Assembly (NCBI RefSeq): GCF_964204645.1
Contig: NC_134029.1
Span: forward strand, 15,370,950 to 15,434,949
Direction of reading: 5' to 3'
Length of the DNA: 64,000 nucleotides
DNA from: Tubulanus polymorphus
Lineage: Eukaryota; Animalia; Nemertea
Position 1 is the stretch's first letter, and each line of letters begins with the position of its first letter. Shown in pieces: positions 11,214-24,578 of the stretch. The position numbers were made by a program, and so were the translations under genes. The notes beneath the pieces are model-generated. The model saw only the letters and a list, made by a program, of their open reading frames with translations, ran no database searches and had not been told where the DNA came from.

Positions 11214-14200
11214 ATTTCTGAAATTTGGGCTTATAATATAAGCCCAAATTTCAGAAATGAATCAAAACTTACAGTTACAGAGTTACAGTTTCATCTTCTT
11301 TCCTCCCACCCCTTTACTCTGGCATTAATTTTCAATTTTGCAAGTCTTGATTTAATTTCTTCATTAATTTAATGCTTTGGGTCCAACTTCAGTACAATTT
11401 CAATATGAAATATACTGGAGTTGATTCTCTTTCCTGTTTCATTAACAACATTTAAGTGTGTTCCTTGTCACTGACAATATTTTGAGTGTTTTCGTTACCC
11501 CGTTCTTGAGGTACTTGTGGTTGTTTTTCCGAATCGCTATGATTTCTTACTATGAAAAATTTAATCAAGCTGTGACGAGTCGTCCGTCACTTCGATTTCA
11601 TCTATTACATATTAATAGACGGACGCCGGGCCCCTCAGGACGTCCCTTTGGTAAACGCGTATATGTGGATACTACGAAGTGTCTTCTTAACTGATTCTGA
11701 CTAGCTGACAAAGTCAGAAAAAAATGACATCACTTGACGTCCGGTTTGAATCTCATGGGGGGAAATCGGATGTAGAATTACGTCACGCTAAAATCCGGCA
11801 GCGAAATAACTAAAATCCGGCAGCTTTTGGATCTGGTGATTTCAGAATTTATTCATTTTGTGATATTGAGAACAAGATTGGGTTGTTGAATAGTTTAAAA
11901 ACGAATTCAAAATAAAAAACAACGCCCACCGGTTCGAATCCCGGAGAATTATGCTCGCGCGCGGAGCAGTCAATCCCAAGCCACGGCACTAAAGAAACGT
12001 TTATTTCATAAAATTTTTATGACCCCAAAACTGCGGTTAGAGATGCGTTAGAGTCGTACGATTTACTCAAAATTCCACGACAGCGCGGCGGCCCGAATCG
12101 CATATCTGCAAGTCTCGCTCGAGTAGCAGCAGAACAGCGCGGTCGGTAAAAACATTAGTCTACGCCCCTTCTTTCACCAAATAAGGAATTCGGTACCGCT
12201 GGCCACGTGCACTGTTTATTTTGAGCCGATACTCGATATTCCCGGAGGATCAGAAACAAATAAAAATTTTAGTAATCAATTTTTGTATTGACATATGCAT
12301 TTTCCTGCTGTATTTAATTCGATTATTTCTGGCAGAAAAAAAAATTCCGATTGATGTTCAACGCGTTCCATTTTTTCACGGTACCGTAATTAAAAAATTC
12401 GTAGTAATCTTCTGGTCTTCCTATTTTCAAATGGAGCTAATTTCCAAATTAACAACCAGGTCAAAATTCTTCAATCTTGCAAAAATACCGTACCGGTATC
12501 AGTTTCACCATATCCATAGTACATTATGGTTTTACAAAGTTAAAACCATAAATATTCTTCATACATTTGATCTAAATCGAAATAGTAATCTTTTAGCAGA
12601 CAGTGGTAAACAGACCTAGGTTATATTTAATTATACAAGAAATGTTTCAAGTTTTTTTCTTGCATAAAAATTTAATTTCATTTGATCTATTTCCTCATTA
12701 TTTTCTTATCTTATGAGCCCAATTTTCAGAAATGAATCAAACCTTAGAGTTACAGTTTTATCTTCTTTCCATCCACCCCTCAACTCTGTGGCATAAATTT
12801 TCAATTTTCTAAGTTTTAACTAAAAATTGATTTAATTTGATTATTTTCTTTCCAGTTTCATTGACAACATGATTTCTTGCTATGAAAAATTTAATCAAGC
12901 ATTGACCGTGGCGTCCATCACTTAGATTTCATCTATTACATATTATTTGTTGATTGTACGTCCGCTTATGTTCGGTTTCAAAGCTGAATCATTTGACGTT
13001 TACACAATGGTTGCATATTAGGTTCGAATCTGTCAATGCATTTTATTCTATGTATCGGTATTTCAATTTACTACAATTCCTATCATTCCGAATGGCTTTG
13101 CAGAAAACCCGTCATCGCTGCTTGGCAGCTATATTTCTAGTAGCCATCCGCGACTCAACGACCTTGATTTAAACTTGATCAATTCAAAATCTGTTTATTG
13201 ACGCTTTTGGTTACATGAACTGATCAGCAATATACTTAAATGAAATAACCGGAATAAAAAATAATAAAACATATTAAAAAGAAATAAAACATATTAAAGA
13301 GGTAACAAACAAATGCCCGTTAACCTGTCAGACACGCGAACGCCGGGCTCGTAAACTCTTGGACTCGGACACGCTGAGCAATAAATTGATAAAATTGACT
13401 TTGAAATTGATTGTGGAGAAGAGAGGGAATGATTCGATAGCTCTTCCTCAAAAAGAAGAGAGAAATGTCGGAAAGGAAACACAACATGGCTACTAATTGA
13501 ACGGAGCCAAATTTCCGATGTTTACGGCTCGACAGTGCCTTTATAACGTGGATTTATCAAAATTCCCATGCAGTATCTGGAGATTGAAGTGAGCTGAAGG
13601 ATATCATACGGATTGTATCGGCGACATCGGTAAGGTAAGGAAGCCTTTACACTTTTAACAAAAACTGTGTGGAAAAGGGAAAAAATAATAAATATATCTG
13701 CAAAGCAGCGATAACGGGTTCCTGCCTTGCTGAATACATTGTCGTACAAGGGTGCGTGCAAACATTTCACCGAAAGGAACGCCACCTAGGGGTCAACTTA
13801 TGACATGGATATGTTGACCCACAAGGGCTACTACGCGCAAAGTACTTATGTACCAAGTTTAGAGGAAATCGAGAATAGCGAAGATACAGTATTTTTACCA
13901 TTCCCTAGTGGCAGTTGTATGAACTAATTTTGGCGCTTTGCGTACTATACTTATGTATATGTACTCACACCGTGTTTTTGTTTAGGTCTATCATAAAATG
14001 ACTGAATTACACGTAAGGAAACGGATGTTAGAATGAGTTTTCGAAATGTACGCCCCTACTGGTTAGAATAGGAACTTATTATGTGAGGGGTTCGTTGTAT
14101 CTCATATCCAGGTATACGTGTATCAATTTTCATAGAAATCCCTTTATCCGCTTAGTAGATATGAATAAAAATGTATTTCCAGCAAAATGTAGGTGGCGCT

Positions 14201-14261
14201 CCTGAAGAACCATATAAGTTACCTACTTAAACCATACATCACTTCAAGTATCTTGAAAAGG

Positions 14262-15298
14262 GCTGCTAACCACACATTGCAACCGCGATTCTATCGCCAA
14301 CGGTTAAGGACCTAGGAGCAAAAATCGTTGTTTTCACAGGCCCCCGGGTGGCAGTTGTACGAACTATTTATGCAGGATGGCATATTACACACATGTCTTT
14401 GTACTTATACCAAGTTTTGTGATTTTCACAATAAACAGACCGCATTACATGCGAAAAATGGATGCTGGAATCGATTTTTCAAAATTTTCGCCCCCTAGTG
14501 GTTAAAATGGGAACTAATCATATGAGGGGTTCGTTTCGTTTAGTAACCAGGTACATGTGTATCAATTTTTATAGAAATCCATTGATACCCTTAGTCGATA
14601 TAGATTTAAATGCATATTCCAGCGTCTTATAGGTGGCGCTACTGGCGAACCATATAAGCTACATAGTTATACCATACATCAATACTAGCGTCTTCGCTAG
14701 TGCTACTGGTCACTCGTCGCAGGCACAATTCTATCTCCACCGGTTAAGGAGCTAGGAGCAAAAATCTCTTTGAAAAATTGCTGCTAACCACACATTGCAA
14801 TCGCGATTCTATCGCCAACGGTTAAGGACCTAGGAGCAAAAATCGTTGTTTTCACAGGCCCCCGGGTGGCAGTTGTACGAACTATTTATGCAGGATGGCA
14901 TATTACACACATGTCTTTGTACTTATACCAAGTTTTGTGATTTTCACAATAAACAGACCGCATTACATGCGAAAAATGGATGCTGGAATCGATTTTTCAA
15001 AATTTTCGCCCCCTAGTGGTTAAAATGGGAACTAATCATATGAGGGGTTCGTTTCGTTTAGTAACCAGGTACATGTGTATCAATTTTTATAGAAATCCAT
15101 TGATACCCTTAGTCGATATAGATTTAAATGCATATTCCAGCGTCTTATAGGTGGCGCTACTGGCGAACCATATAAGCTACATAGTTATACCATACATCAA
15201 TACTAGCGTCTTCGCTAGTGCTACTGGTCACTCGTCGCAGGCACAATTCTATCTCCACCGGTTAAGGAGCTAGGAGCAAAAATCTCTTTGAAAAATTT
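14262..15298 (+). repeat. Near-perfect tandem duplication, period 518 bp
   Basis: gctgctaaccacacattgcaa at 14262 and 14780. Confidence 0.95.
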
Positions 15299-16082
15299 GG
15301 TTGCCCATTTTCGAGCCCGTAGAGCCCAAACGGTTAATCGCAGATAGGGCGTGCCATTGACTTTTTTAGCCTCCAGGCTGTTATGAACAACTTTCGTGCT
15401 CGGCCGAAGCTGAAAACTCAAAGACAAAAATTTTTCTCACACAGTAACTTTTCGATGTCAGAATTTTCAAAAGTAAAACGCCCCCTGGTGGGTGAACGGG
15501 GACCCCAATCAAAGATCCCTTCGACTTACCTCAAGGTACCTGTGATCCGTACATCTCACGAAAGTTTCAAGTAAATCTGTCAAGAAATATCGTAATGCTA
15601 ACAGAATATAGCCATCCAGGCTCTCGCGTATAGATACCGTAGCTGCATTCATTAGCTCTATCCAGGGAAGTTACTGCAAGGATGCTATTGCTTGTATATG
15701 TGGCACAAAAATTCCTCAGTTGCGTTCACTCAAGACTGACCCCATTCAGTGCGCCACATATATATAAAGATACTAAAAAACTACAGATCTAGTACACACG
15801 CTCTACTACTGCCTATAGGGACACTGACACAAACAGACGCACTGACGCGCTGTGGGAATGACACGTAGGCAATACACATACGTAGATGGATACTGTTTGA
15901 ATCAGGCTTAAATTTCGATGTTTAGAGGCTCACAGTGAGTAAACAGTGCAATTCTGATTAATATCACGTACAGTAATTGTCAATGCAGTGTAGTACTTGT
16001 GATACAGAATGGTTTCACCGACAGTGAAAGTAAGTTGCAGTTGTTTATATCCTTTCAGTAAGATCCAGTGTGAAAAAGAATA

Positions 16083-17259
16083 TAATAATAATAATAATAA
16101 TAATAATAGTAATAATAATAGTGATAATAATAGTGATAATAGTAGTAGTGATAATAGTAGTAGTGGTAATAGTGGTAGTGGTAATAGTGGTAGTGGTAAT
16201 AGTGGTAGTGGTAATAGTGGTAGTGGTAGTAGTGGTAGTGGTAGTAGTGGTAGTGGTAGTAGTGGTAGTGGTAGTAGTGGTAGTGGTAGTAGTGGTAGTG
16301 GTAGTAGTGGTAGTGGCGGTAGTGGTAGTGGCGGTAGTGGTAGTGGCGGTAGTGGTAGTGGCGGTAGTGGTAGTGGCGGTAGTGGTAGTGGCGGTAGTGG
16401 TAGTGGCGGTAGTGGTAGTGGCGGTAGTGGTAGTGGCGGTAGTGGTAGTGGCGGTAGTGGTAGTGGCGGTAGTGGTAGTGGCGGTAGTGGTAGTGGCGGT
16501 AGTGGTAGTGGCGGTAGTGGTAGTGGCGGTAGTGGTAGTGGCGGTAGTGGTAGTGGCGGTAGTGGTAGTGGCGGTAGTGGTAGTGGCGGTAGTGGTAGTG
16601 GCGGTAGTGGTAGTGGCGGTAGTGGTAGTGGCGGTAGTGGTAGTGGCGGTAGTGGTAGTGGCGGTAGTGGTAGTGGCGGTAGTGGTAGTGGCGGTAGTGG
16701 TAGTGGCGGTAGTGGTAGTGGCGGTAGTGGTAGTGGCGGTAGTGGTAGTGGCGGTAGTGGTAGTGGCGGTAGTGGTAGTGGCGGTAGTGGTAGTGGCGGT
16801 AGTGGTAGTGGCGGTAGTGGTAGTGGCGGTAGTGGTAGTGGCGGTAGTGGTAGTGGCGGTAGTGGTAGTGGCGGTAGTGGTAGTGGCGGTAGTGGTAGTG
16901 GCGGTAGTGGTAGTGGCGGTAGTGGTAGTGGCGGTAGTGGTAGTGGCGGTAGTGGTAGTGGCGGTAGTGGTAGTGGCGGTAGTGGTAGTGGCGGTAGTGG
17001 TAGTGGCGGTAGTGGTAGTGGCGGTAGTGGTAGTGGCGGTAGTGGTAGTGGCGGTAGTGGTAGTGGCGGTAGTGGTAGTAGCGGTAGTGGTAGTAGCGGT
17101 AGTGGTAGTAGCGGTAGTGGTAGTAGCGGTAGTGGTAGTAGCGGTAGTGGTAGTAGCGGTAGTGGTAGTAGCGGTAGTGGTAGTAGTAGTAGTGGTAGTA
17201 GTAGTAGTGGTAGTAGTAGTAGTGGTAGTAGTAATAATAGTAATAATAATAATAATAAT
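16083..17259. repeat. 15-bp minisatellite (AGTGGTAGTGGCGGT)n grading into (AAT)n at both ends
   Basis: Seen directly in the sequence. Confidence 0.97.
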
Positions 17260-20200
17260 CAGCAGGAATACAATAGGGTTTCTGCGAAGGCAGCAGAAAC
17301 CCTAATAAATATAGCTGCAAAGCAGCGATAACGGGTTTTCTGAGCAGGCGTGCTATTCATAGTTTGAAAAGTGGATAATAGAAATATATCAATACGGGAC
17401 ACGCATTTGACGTGTCAAGTCACACCAATGCGGTTTAACATAACATAATTTATAGTTATAGTCAAATTGGGGGTTACTCGGGTCGTTTAGTTGTCTGCGG
17501 AGTCGAGTAGATTGGTTACCCGTCTGTAACATTGGTTACGGAAACGACTCGTCAGCTTGATGAGTTGTATGTATTATGATTGTGCGCCACCTGCATCTTC
17601 CGAAATAATGTTCATATAATTATTTGAAGGGAGGATTGAAATCAATTATCAACGTACATCTGAATATGTAATAGTCCTTAGTAACTTTCTGTTGCAGAGG
17701 GCATAGAAAAGATTTTGAAATTATTTAATTAAAATATAAATTTTATTCACGAAAAATAAACTATAATGGTCAGTACAAATTGAAAATTCATAGTGTATTT
17801 TTAAGAACAAGCTTACATAGCTTACAGAATACATCACGTACATTTGAACTTTATAAGTGATGGGTAAAAATCAACGTGTGACAGAAAAAAATGTAGTTAA
17901 TTATTTAACAATATCGAAATATGTGCTCTCTTTTTAAACTAATGGAGTGATACGCAATTAATCACATGGCCTTTATTAAAAGATAGAACATACAAGTTGG
18001 ATATTTATAAGTCGAAACATGTGAACAGAAACTAAAACTTTGATGTCAGTGACCAGTATCGAATTACACAACGACAATTGGCTTTAAACTCAACAAACAT
18101 TATTAAAGAATGTTTCAAACAAAATGCTTTATATAACGACGTGAATAAACTTGTTTTACAAAACAAGAAAGTACATTTTGAACTTTTGAATGGTCGAATC
18201 CCATTTATTCACAGTAACCTGTGATGTGGCGATCCTCGGAGCCATCATTCTCGATGACGTCACTAACAAGTGGTCACGGCCGTCGCGTGCACTCATTTCT
18301 TTGAAAATCTAGCTTCCTCGCGGAGCGGGACCTGGTGACGCTGCGCCCCGACCCCTTCGCGCTGAGAAATATCTTATTCCCAGTCAGCAAAGACAGGTTC
18401 TAAAGATCATAGAGTGCATCGCTGGAGGGTTTCCGATCCAATTTGAATTGGTGCGGTGGCGCTCTCAATGCGGAAGTTTTTGTGATTTTTTCAGTCGGCG
18501 ACGGACGTTTATCGTTGTAAGTGATGGATATGTAAAAAAATGCAGGGAAACCTATCTCAATTTGTTTTTAGCGATGCAGCGGAACAAATAAAGAACATTT
18601 TGATATATAACATGACTATAGTACACTATCCCTGCTGGAATAATAAGCTCCACTCGACAAACTCGTTCCCGTGCATTTTTATCTCTCTGTTTCACACACA
18701 CAGCCCCTCTACCATCAATGCCTAACCCCTGTTCGACCAACTGTGGGCGTTTTCCTTTGAAACATAAGCCTAATTGTAAAAGATAAGCATTAATCTATGT
18801 TAATGCTGCATCTTTATCATGAAACCTAAGAAAGATTATTCTATTATTTGGTATTTTAGGCCTATGCAAATTTTCTGTCCACTACCACGTGGAAATAAGA
18901 CCCACCCAGTCAAAATTGTGCATCACGCTGTGACGAAGAAATTTGTTCTAGGCTATAAATTTAGGACTCAAACGAATCTTTTCCTCAACAAAGCCGCTTT
19001 TAGTTTGATGCAAAATGAGATTTGCTTTTAAAATGTGTAACTAGGCCTAATCAAAAGGATATTTCAAAAGCAAACTTTGCCGGGCCAAGAGCCATATTGA
19101 ATTCAATTTTTCCGAACCATTATGCCTCTTTCATCATAACATTATTTATCCTATTTCAAGATCATAGGCCTACAAGTAGAGAGAGGGCCTACGTTGGGTT
19201 CAAATCGGAATTTTAAGATTTATTTCATTTAATTCCAGGTTTTCACTGTAGATTATCAAAGACATGTGGCGTTGTGGGAGTTCATAGTTGTTTGATAATC
19301 CATCATTTGTAAGTGTAAGGCTATTTGAGGGATTCGAAACCGACATTTTGTAAATTTTGTAGCTTTATTACGTTTAATTCCAGATCACGATTGGTAGAAC
19401 ACTATATCCGTGTTGACTTAATTCCAGATGTTTATCATGACACGTTTCATTTTGGGGCGAGTCAGCGAGTTGGTATGCTGTCGGCAGAAGTAGTTTGATA
19501 ATTCGTTTCATGTAAGTAAACAGCTATTTGAAGGATTCGAAACCGAAATCTGTATTGTGAATTTTTTAGTTGTATTTTGTTTGATTCTAGGTGAATAGGT
19601 GAATAGGACATGATTCATTCTGGGAGTTTGTCCGCGAGTTTGTATACTGTCAAATGAAGTTTCTTCGTCAATTTGTCGTATGTAAGTATCAATCTATAGG
19701 TTATATAGGCCCTATTAGGGGTTCGATACAGAAATTTGGTGAATTCCTCAGATTTATTATAATTTATTCCAGGTTGTTATCAGAAAAATATGTACTTTAT
19801 TTCATAGGTTGGTCTTTGATTGAAAACTAAAAATGGATGATAGTTCTAAATTTGATGTTGATTCACATGACCAATCTAGTAGGCCTAAGTATGGCTCACT
19901 CGTCTTTTAGAATAAGAGACCTATTGCTTTAATCCTTCAATTCAAGTTGCTATACAACCTTTTATACAGATATTTACCTTATCAATATAAACATGTATTT
20001 GCCATTAGCCATACAATTCAGTAAAACTTTTCCCGTCCAGATTTTGAAACATCATTTGACTCAATTTTTCCTCCGAGAAAATTGCTTTAGCTCATTCCAA
20101 TGTTCGCAGTAAAAGTGAATGTAGCATGTATGATTCCCATCCATCAATTTTGTCTTGTTTCGTATTTTTAGCGAAAATCTCGAAAAAGTCTGACGTCGAG

Positions 20201-22135
20201 GCAGGTGGTGGCCAGACAAAGACATATTCTTGGGAAATATTTAAAGACGCATGGCAAACACACTTATTGTTCAATTTTTTCCTATCCTTATTTTGAAATT
20301 GAAGTATTGTAATAAACTATTGATTTATTTTTGTTGATCAACGCAACTAGTTTTGTTGTTTTCTTTCTTAATTTACATTTGAATTGGATGGTCATCTTGC
20401 GTAGGAGTCAGTTTGACATCGAAGCAATACAGTCTAACTTGTTGACGTCTCAGATGCAGCGGGGCAGGGCGGTCATTATATTGTGGACTTATCCAAATTA
20501 CACTTACACAGCCCAACGTGTTTCAGTGTGTAAACTCCGTCGTACTCGGCATTATAAGACAGTGAGGAATTGAGTTTTAGTCACCTGAGCCCTCGGCTTG
20601 ATTCGACCAAAAAGACCTTAACTGACTTCACAGAATTTGATTATGAGTCAAGGATTTTCTAAATTTCTGAATGCTTTCTCCGGTTTTAAGATCAATTCAA
20701 ATTCAATCTTCAAAATATTCTATTGAAAGAAATTCTACTGAAGACAGATTTTGAAATGAAGGATATATCCAGGCAAATAATTATAGCAAAATCAACTGAT
20801 GATCATCAAGGTGAAGTTTTCATTCATCTTCGGCTAATTTGTTACCCCTGATGATTGAAGCATTTTGGTTACTCGTGCCAATTAGTCAGCCACAGTCGAT
20901 TTTCATGCCATCTGACCTCTTTCCATCTGTAATTAAGCAATCAAATGTAAGAATTACTTAGGTAAGGAGCGAAATAATATATAGATATCTTAGGAGACTA
21001 TTTGAAATCATGAGTTTGTTGTGAAAATCTATTACTACAGTCTCGTAGAGCATAGACACCAAGCCACGTGGCATTGGTATTTTAATGGCTATTCAGTTTA
21101 CTCCAAAACAAGTCAATGATTAACATTAAAAAAGCTTCATATCAAGGGTATGTCGCAGGACTCGTGACGCCCATGAATTATCATCCCATAATTACAATGA
21201 ATCCAATTCTGCATGTATGTTAGCACGACTGATTACTAATCCAAATATTGCATTACAAAAAAAAATTACGCAAAACGTCAAGTACTTACAGCATCTGAGA
21301 CAGTTGCGCTTAAGTTAGCGTGTTAAGTTACGTCTTTGGTACAGCATCTGAGACAGTTGCGCTTAAGTTAGCGTGTTAAGTTACGTCTTTGGCTGTCAAT
21401 GTCGAAAAAGCCTAATTTGAAACATACATTTGAGCACTGTGGTTTAATATTCCTGCAAGAATCCGCAAAGGAATTGAAGACCGTAGTGCCCAGTTCATTC
21501 CATGAATAATAGCTGGAAAGAAAGTAATCAAAATAAATTGTCATGCACATTCAGTGTAAACCAGGCCATAACTAGCTGCTATTAAGGCATTCCACTTACT
21601 GGCTCTACCCATTATATTTAGGGCCTAAATCTATTCTAGGCGCATCCCCCAAAAAAGCTAGGCATTAAGTAAGTAGCCAACAATGATCATTGCTTCACCG
21701 AGTAGGCCTACTCATTTGCTACCATACTCATATTATCAAAGAAATCATTTAATACATTCCCTGGTTAACGGATTCTCACCTTAAAATACATCATAGAACT
21801 ATAACGGAATATCCGTTATAGTTTTATGAATACATAAACTCCGCTTTCGTTGTCATCGATACGAGTCGTCAACTTAACGCGGAAGTAAAATTCCGTGTGA
21901 AAATTCCTACCATTTCTGTCCATATCACGTTGATTTGACCCCGAAATCTTCAGGAAATGTAGCCAACGTAAATTGATTTACGAATAGAATTAATCAATTG
22001 ACTCATGGTTTCGTGAAATTCATTAAAGTCATAAAACTCGCGATAAATTTAAGCTGAAAATGATTTCAACCATCCACCATGTTGTTTCATTAATAAAACA
22101 ATTGTTGCGCGCCGGCGCTGTACTGTGATAATGCA

Positions 22136-22207
22136 TGGTTTCACTAGGATTCGAACCCTCGACCTCTCAGTTGGGAGTCAAACACCTTATCCACCATGCC
22201 ACAGGAC
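22136..22207 (-). mobile_element. tRNA-like SINE head / tRNA pseudogene
   Basis: Minus strand reads TGTGGCATGGTGGATAAGG...GAGGTCGAGGGTTCGAATCCTAG: A and B boxes with a T-arm, but poor acceptor and anticodon stems. Confidence 0.6.
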
Positions 22208-22454
22208 AGGACGCTGTTTTTATCGTTAGTGGGAGTACCGGACAGGGCGAGTCGTGATTGCTACTATCATCCGGTGTTATCTTTCAGTAAGTAATTTTAA
22301 GTTTAAAATAGGACGGGAGTGCATAGGTATAATCTACGCGGAGCGAATGCGTGTTATATTACTATCAGAATTCTACATTTCAATTAGAAGCAGTTAGTTG
22401 TCGAATCTGATAGAAGATGAATTTTATGTGCGAAAAAAAGTGGAAAATATGTAA

Positions 22455-22567
22455 ATAATAATGATAACAATCAACAGAATTACAAAAGGGTTTTCGACGA
22501 AAGTCAGAAAACCCTAATAATAATCAGCAGGAATACAATAGGGTTTCTGCGAAGGCAGCAGAAACCC

Positions 22568-22637
<70 letters not shown>

Positions 22638-22730
22638 CAGCAGGAATACAATAGGGTTTCTGCGAAGGCAGCAGAAATCACGCGAATTTCAATAGGGTTT
22701 TTTGTGAAGAAACAGAAAACCCCAATTAGG
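22455..22730 (+). repeat. Stack of hairpin termini (TAGGGTTTCTGC...GCAGAAACCCTA family) interleaved with (AAT)n
   Basis: Four variants at ~22487, 22539, 22652 and 22693; an identical one at ~17273. Confidence 0.8.
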
Positions 22731-24207
22731 AGATCAATTTTTGAGGAATACTAAATGCTGGAGAATTCTGTTTATTCCCGAACCACTTTGTCCAATGCAG
22801 CCTTTTTGAAAGAAAATCGAATAATTCAGATTTCGATCTTAATGTTTTTGCGTCTGAATACTTCACTGTATTGTTTTAATGATATCGAGTGAATAGTGAA
22901 TAGACTGAATTAGACTTTAGGCTAGTCCTGACCAAATCCTATCATTGTGATAATGGTACCAGTTATAGTAACATCAGTTTAGGGCCGACGTGAGGGAAAA
23001 AGTTGTGTTTGTAGTGCGTAGGCAGGGTAGGCTTATCGTACTCACTTAGCACTTAAGTTGTACGTGACTGTACGGTGATTTCCACAGGTTAACCGTATGT
23101 GAGAACGTTGAGCCTCTGCCTTGCAATATTGGGATTCGAAACCAAATGAAAAAAGAGTAGTCCAGCAGTAGTCCAGTGATTTACCCACTGAGCCACAGAA
23201 CGTAACTGCAGAATGAGGAAAGTTGATTGACAGATAGCCTCACCTAACCCAAACCCTATTCTTTCACGCATGCGTGTATGTAGATTATAGGAACTCACGT
23301 ACGGCGTTTGTAGGGATGTCACGTACGGTTGATCTGTGGAGATTACCGTACAGTCACGTACGGGTAACATCTTCGTACTTAAAATGGTATTGGCTACATT
23401 AATAGGCCCATAGACAAAAATATACCGGTAGGATTTCTTAGCTTCCACACTTCACAGCCGAAACAACGGACCAACCAGTAAGTCCGGATACGCACCAACC
23501 AGCACAGGCCTAACACTGGTTGTCAACTGTGTGTTCCGTAGTAGGCTATCGTAATACTTTTCTGTCGTTTATTTTCTCTCTGCGTCGAACTCAATTCTAG
23601 TGGCCACCCGCGACTCAACGACGCTTTTGGTTACATGAACAGATCAGCAATATACTTACATGAAATAAACGGAACAAGAAATCATGTATATAAAAGAGTT
23701 AACAAAGAAATTCCCATAAACCTGTTGGACTCGCAAACGCCAGACTCGTAAACTCTTGGACACTGACCCGTTGAGCAATAAATTCATAAAATTGACTTTT
23801 GAATTGATTGTCGAGAAGAGAAATTTGTCAAAATTCCCATGCAGTACCTGGAGAGTGAAGTGAGCCGAAGGATATCATATGGATTACACTGGTAACAGCG
23901 GTAAAAGGAAGCCTTTGCACTTTAAACAAAAACTGTTTTGAATAGGGGGGGGGGATAATAATGACCACGCGAATCTCAATAGAGTTTTCCGAAAGTAAAC
24001 AGAAAACCGTAATTATCAGGCTCCAAAACAGATCGCTAATGCAAACGACAATAACATGACTTCAAATAATCAGAAGCACGCTCGAATTTATTTTTCTACT
24101 CACTCGACCTCTCAACCTTTAGCCTGAACCCCTATTATCCCTATTACTCTTAAAATATTAATCTAATAACTTCTAAAATCAATTTTAATAAAAAATATGT
24201 TATTAAA

Positions 24208-24564
24208 ATGGAGAGTAGTAAACAAATACACAGTGAGAACAACAAATCATTTCTAGATAGAATAAAAGATATCACAAATATAAAATCTGTAGATTATAAA
24301 TTTAAGAATTTAAATGAACTAACAATTCATAAGAAATATTTAATTACAAATATTGATACAGTTACTAACAAATATGGAGATAAATTAGTTATTCACTTAG
24401 AATATGAAGGATTGAAAGGAAATACATATAAATTCAGAAGATATTTACCAGATAGATTTCATAGATTATCAAGTGAAGATTTAGAAGAATTATGTTCAAG
24501 TGATTTCTATTTCATATATAAGGGTAAGAATGAAAAAGGGCACCATGAAATAGATTTCGAATAA
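24208..24564 (+). CDS. 118 aa intact ORF resembling small Polinton/virus-associated (possibly ssDNA-binding) proteins
   Basis: Pattern K.L.EL....KY.I......T.KYG..L.I.L....F..YLP.RF, recalled from small proteins of Polinton-like elements. Not database verified. Confidence 0.55.
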   Translation: MESSKQIHSENNKSFLDRIKDITNIKSVDYKFKNLNELTIHKKYLITNIDTVTNKYGDKLVIHLEYEGLKGNTYKFRRYLPDRFHRLSSEDLEELCSSDFYFIYKGKNEKGHHEIDFE

Positions 24565-24578
24565 AATATGTAAAATAA

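Noticed and set aside
16009-17331. 440 aa Gly/Ser-rich ORF and overlapping 411 and 421 aa ORFs
   Set aside because: These are translations of a stop-free 15-bp minisatellite, open in several frames, with no unique coding sequence.
22136-22207. Functional tRNA-Gly(CCC)
   Set aside because: Acceptor and anticodon stems do not pair properly; treated as a SINE head or pseudogene.
8832-23198. Inverted ~290 bp repeats 14 kb apart as TIRs of a giant transposon
   Set aside because: They carry tRNA-like A/B boxes and show no target-site duplication, so two independent SINE-like insertions explain them better.
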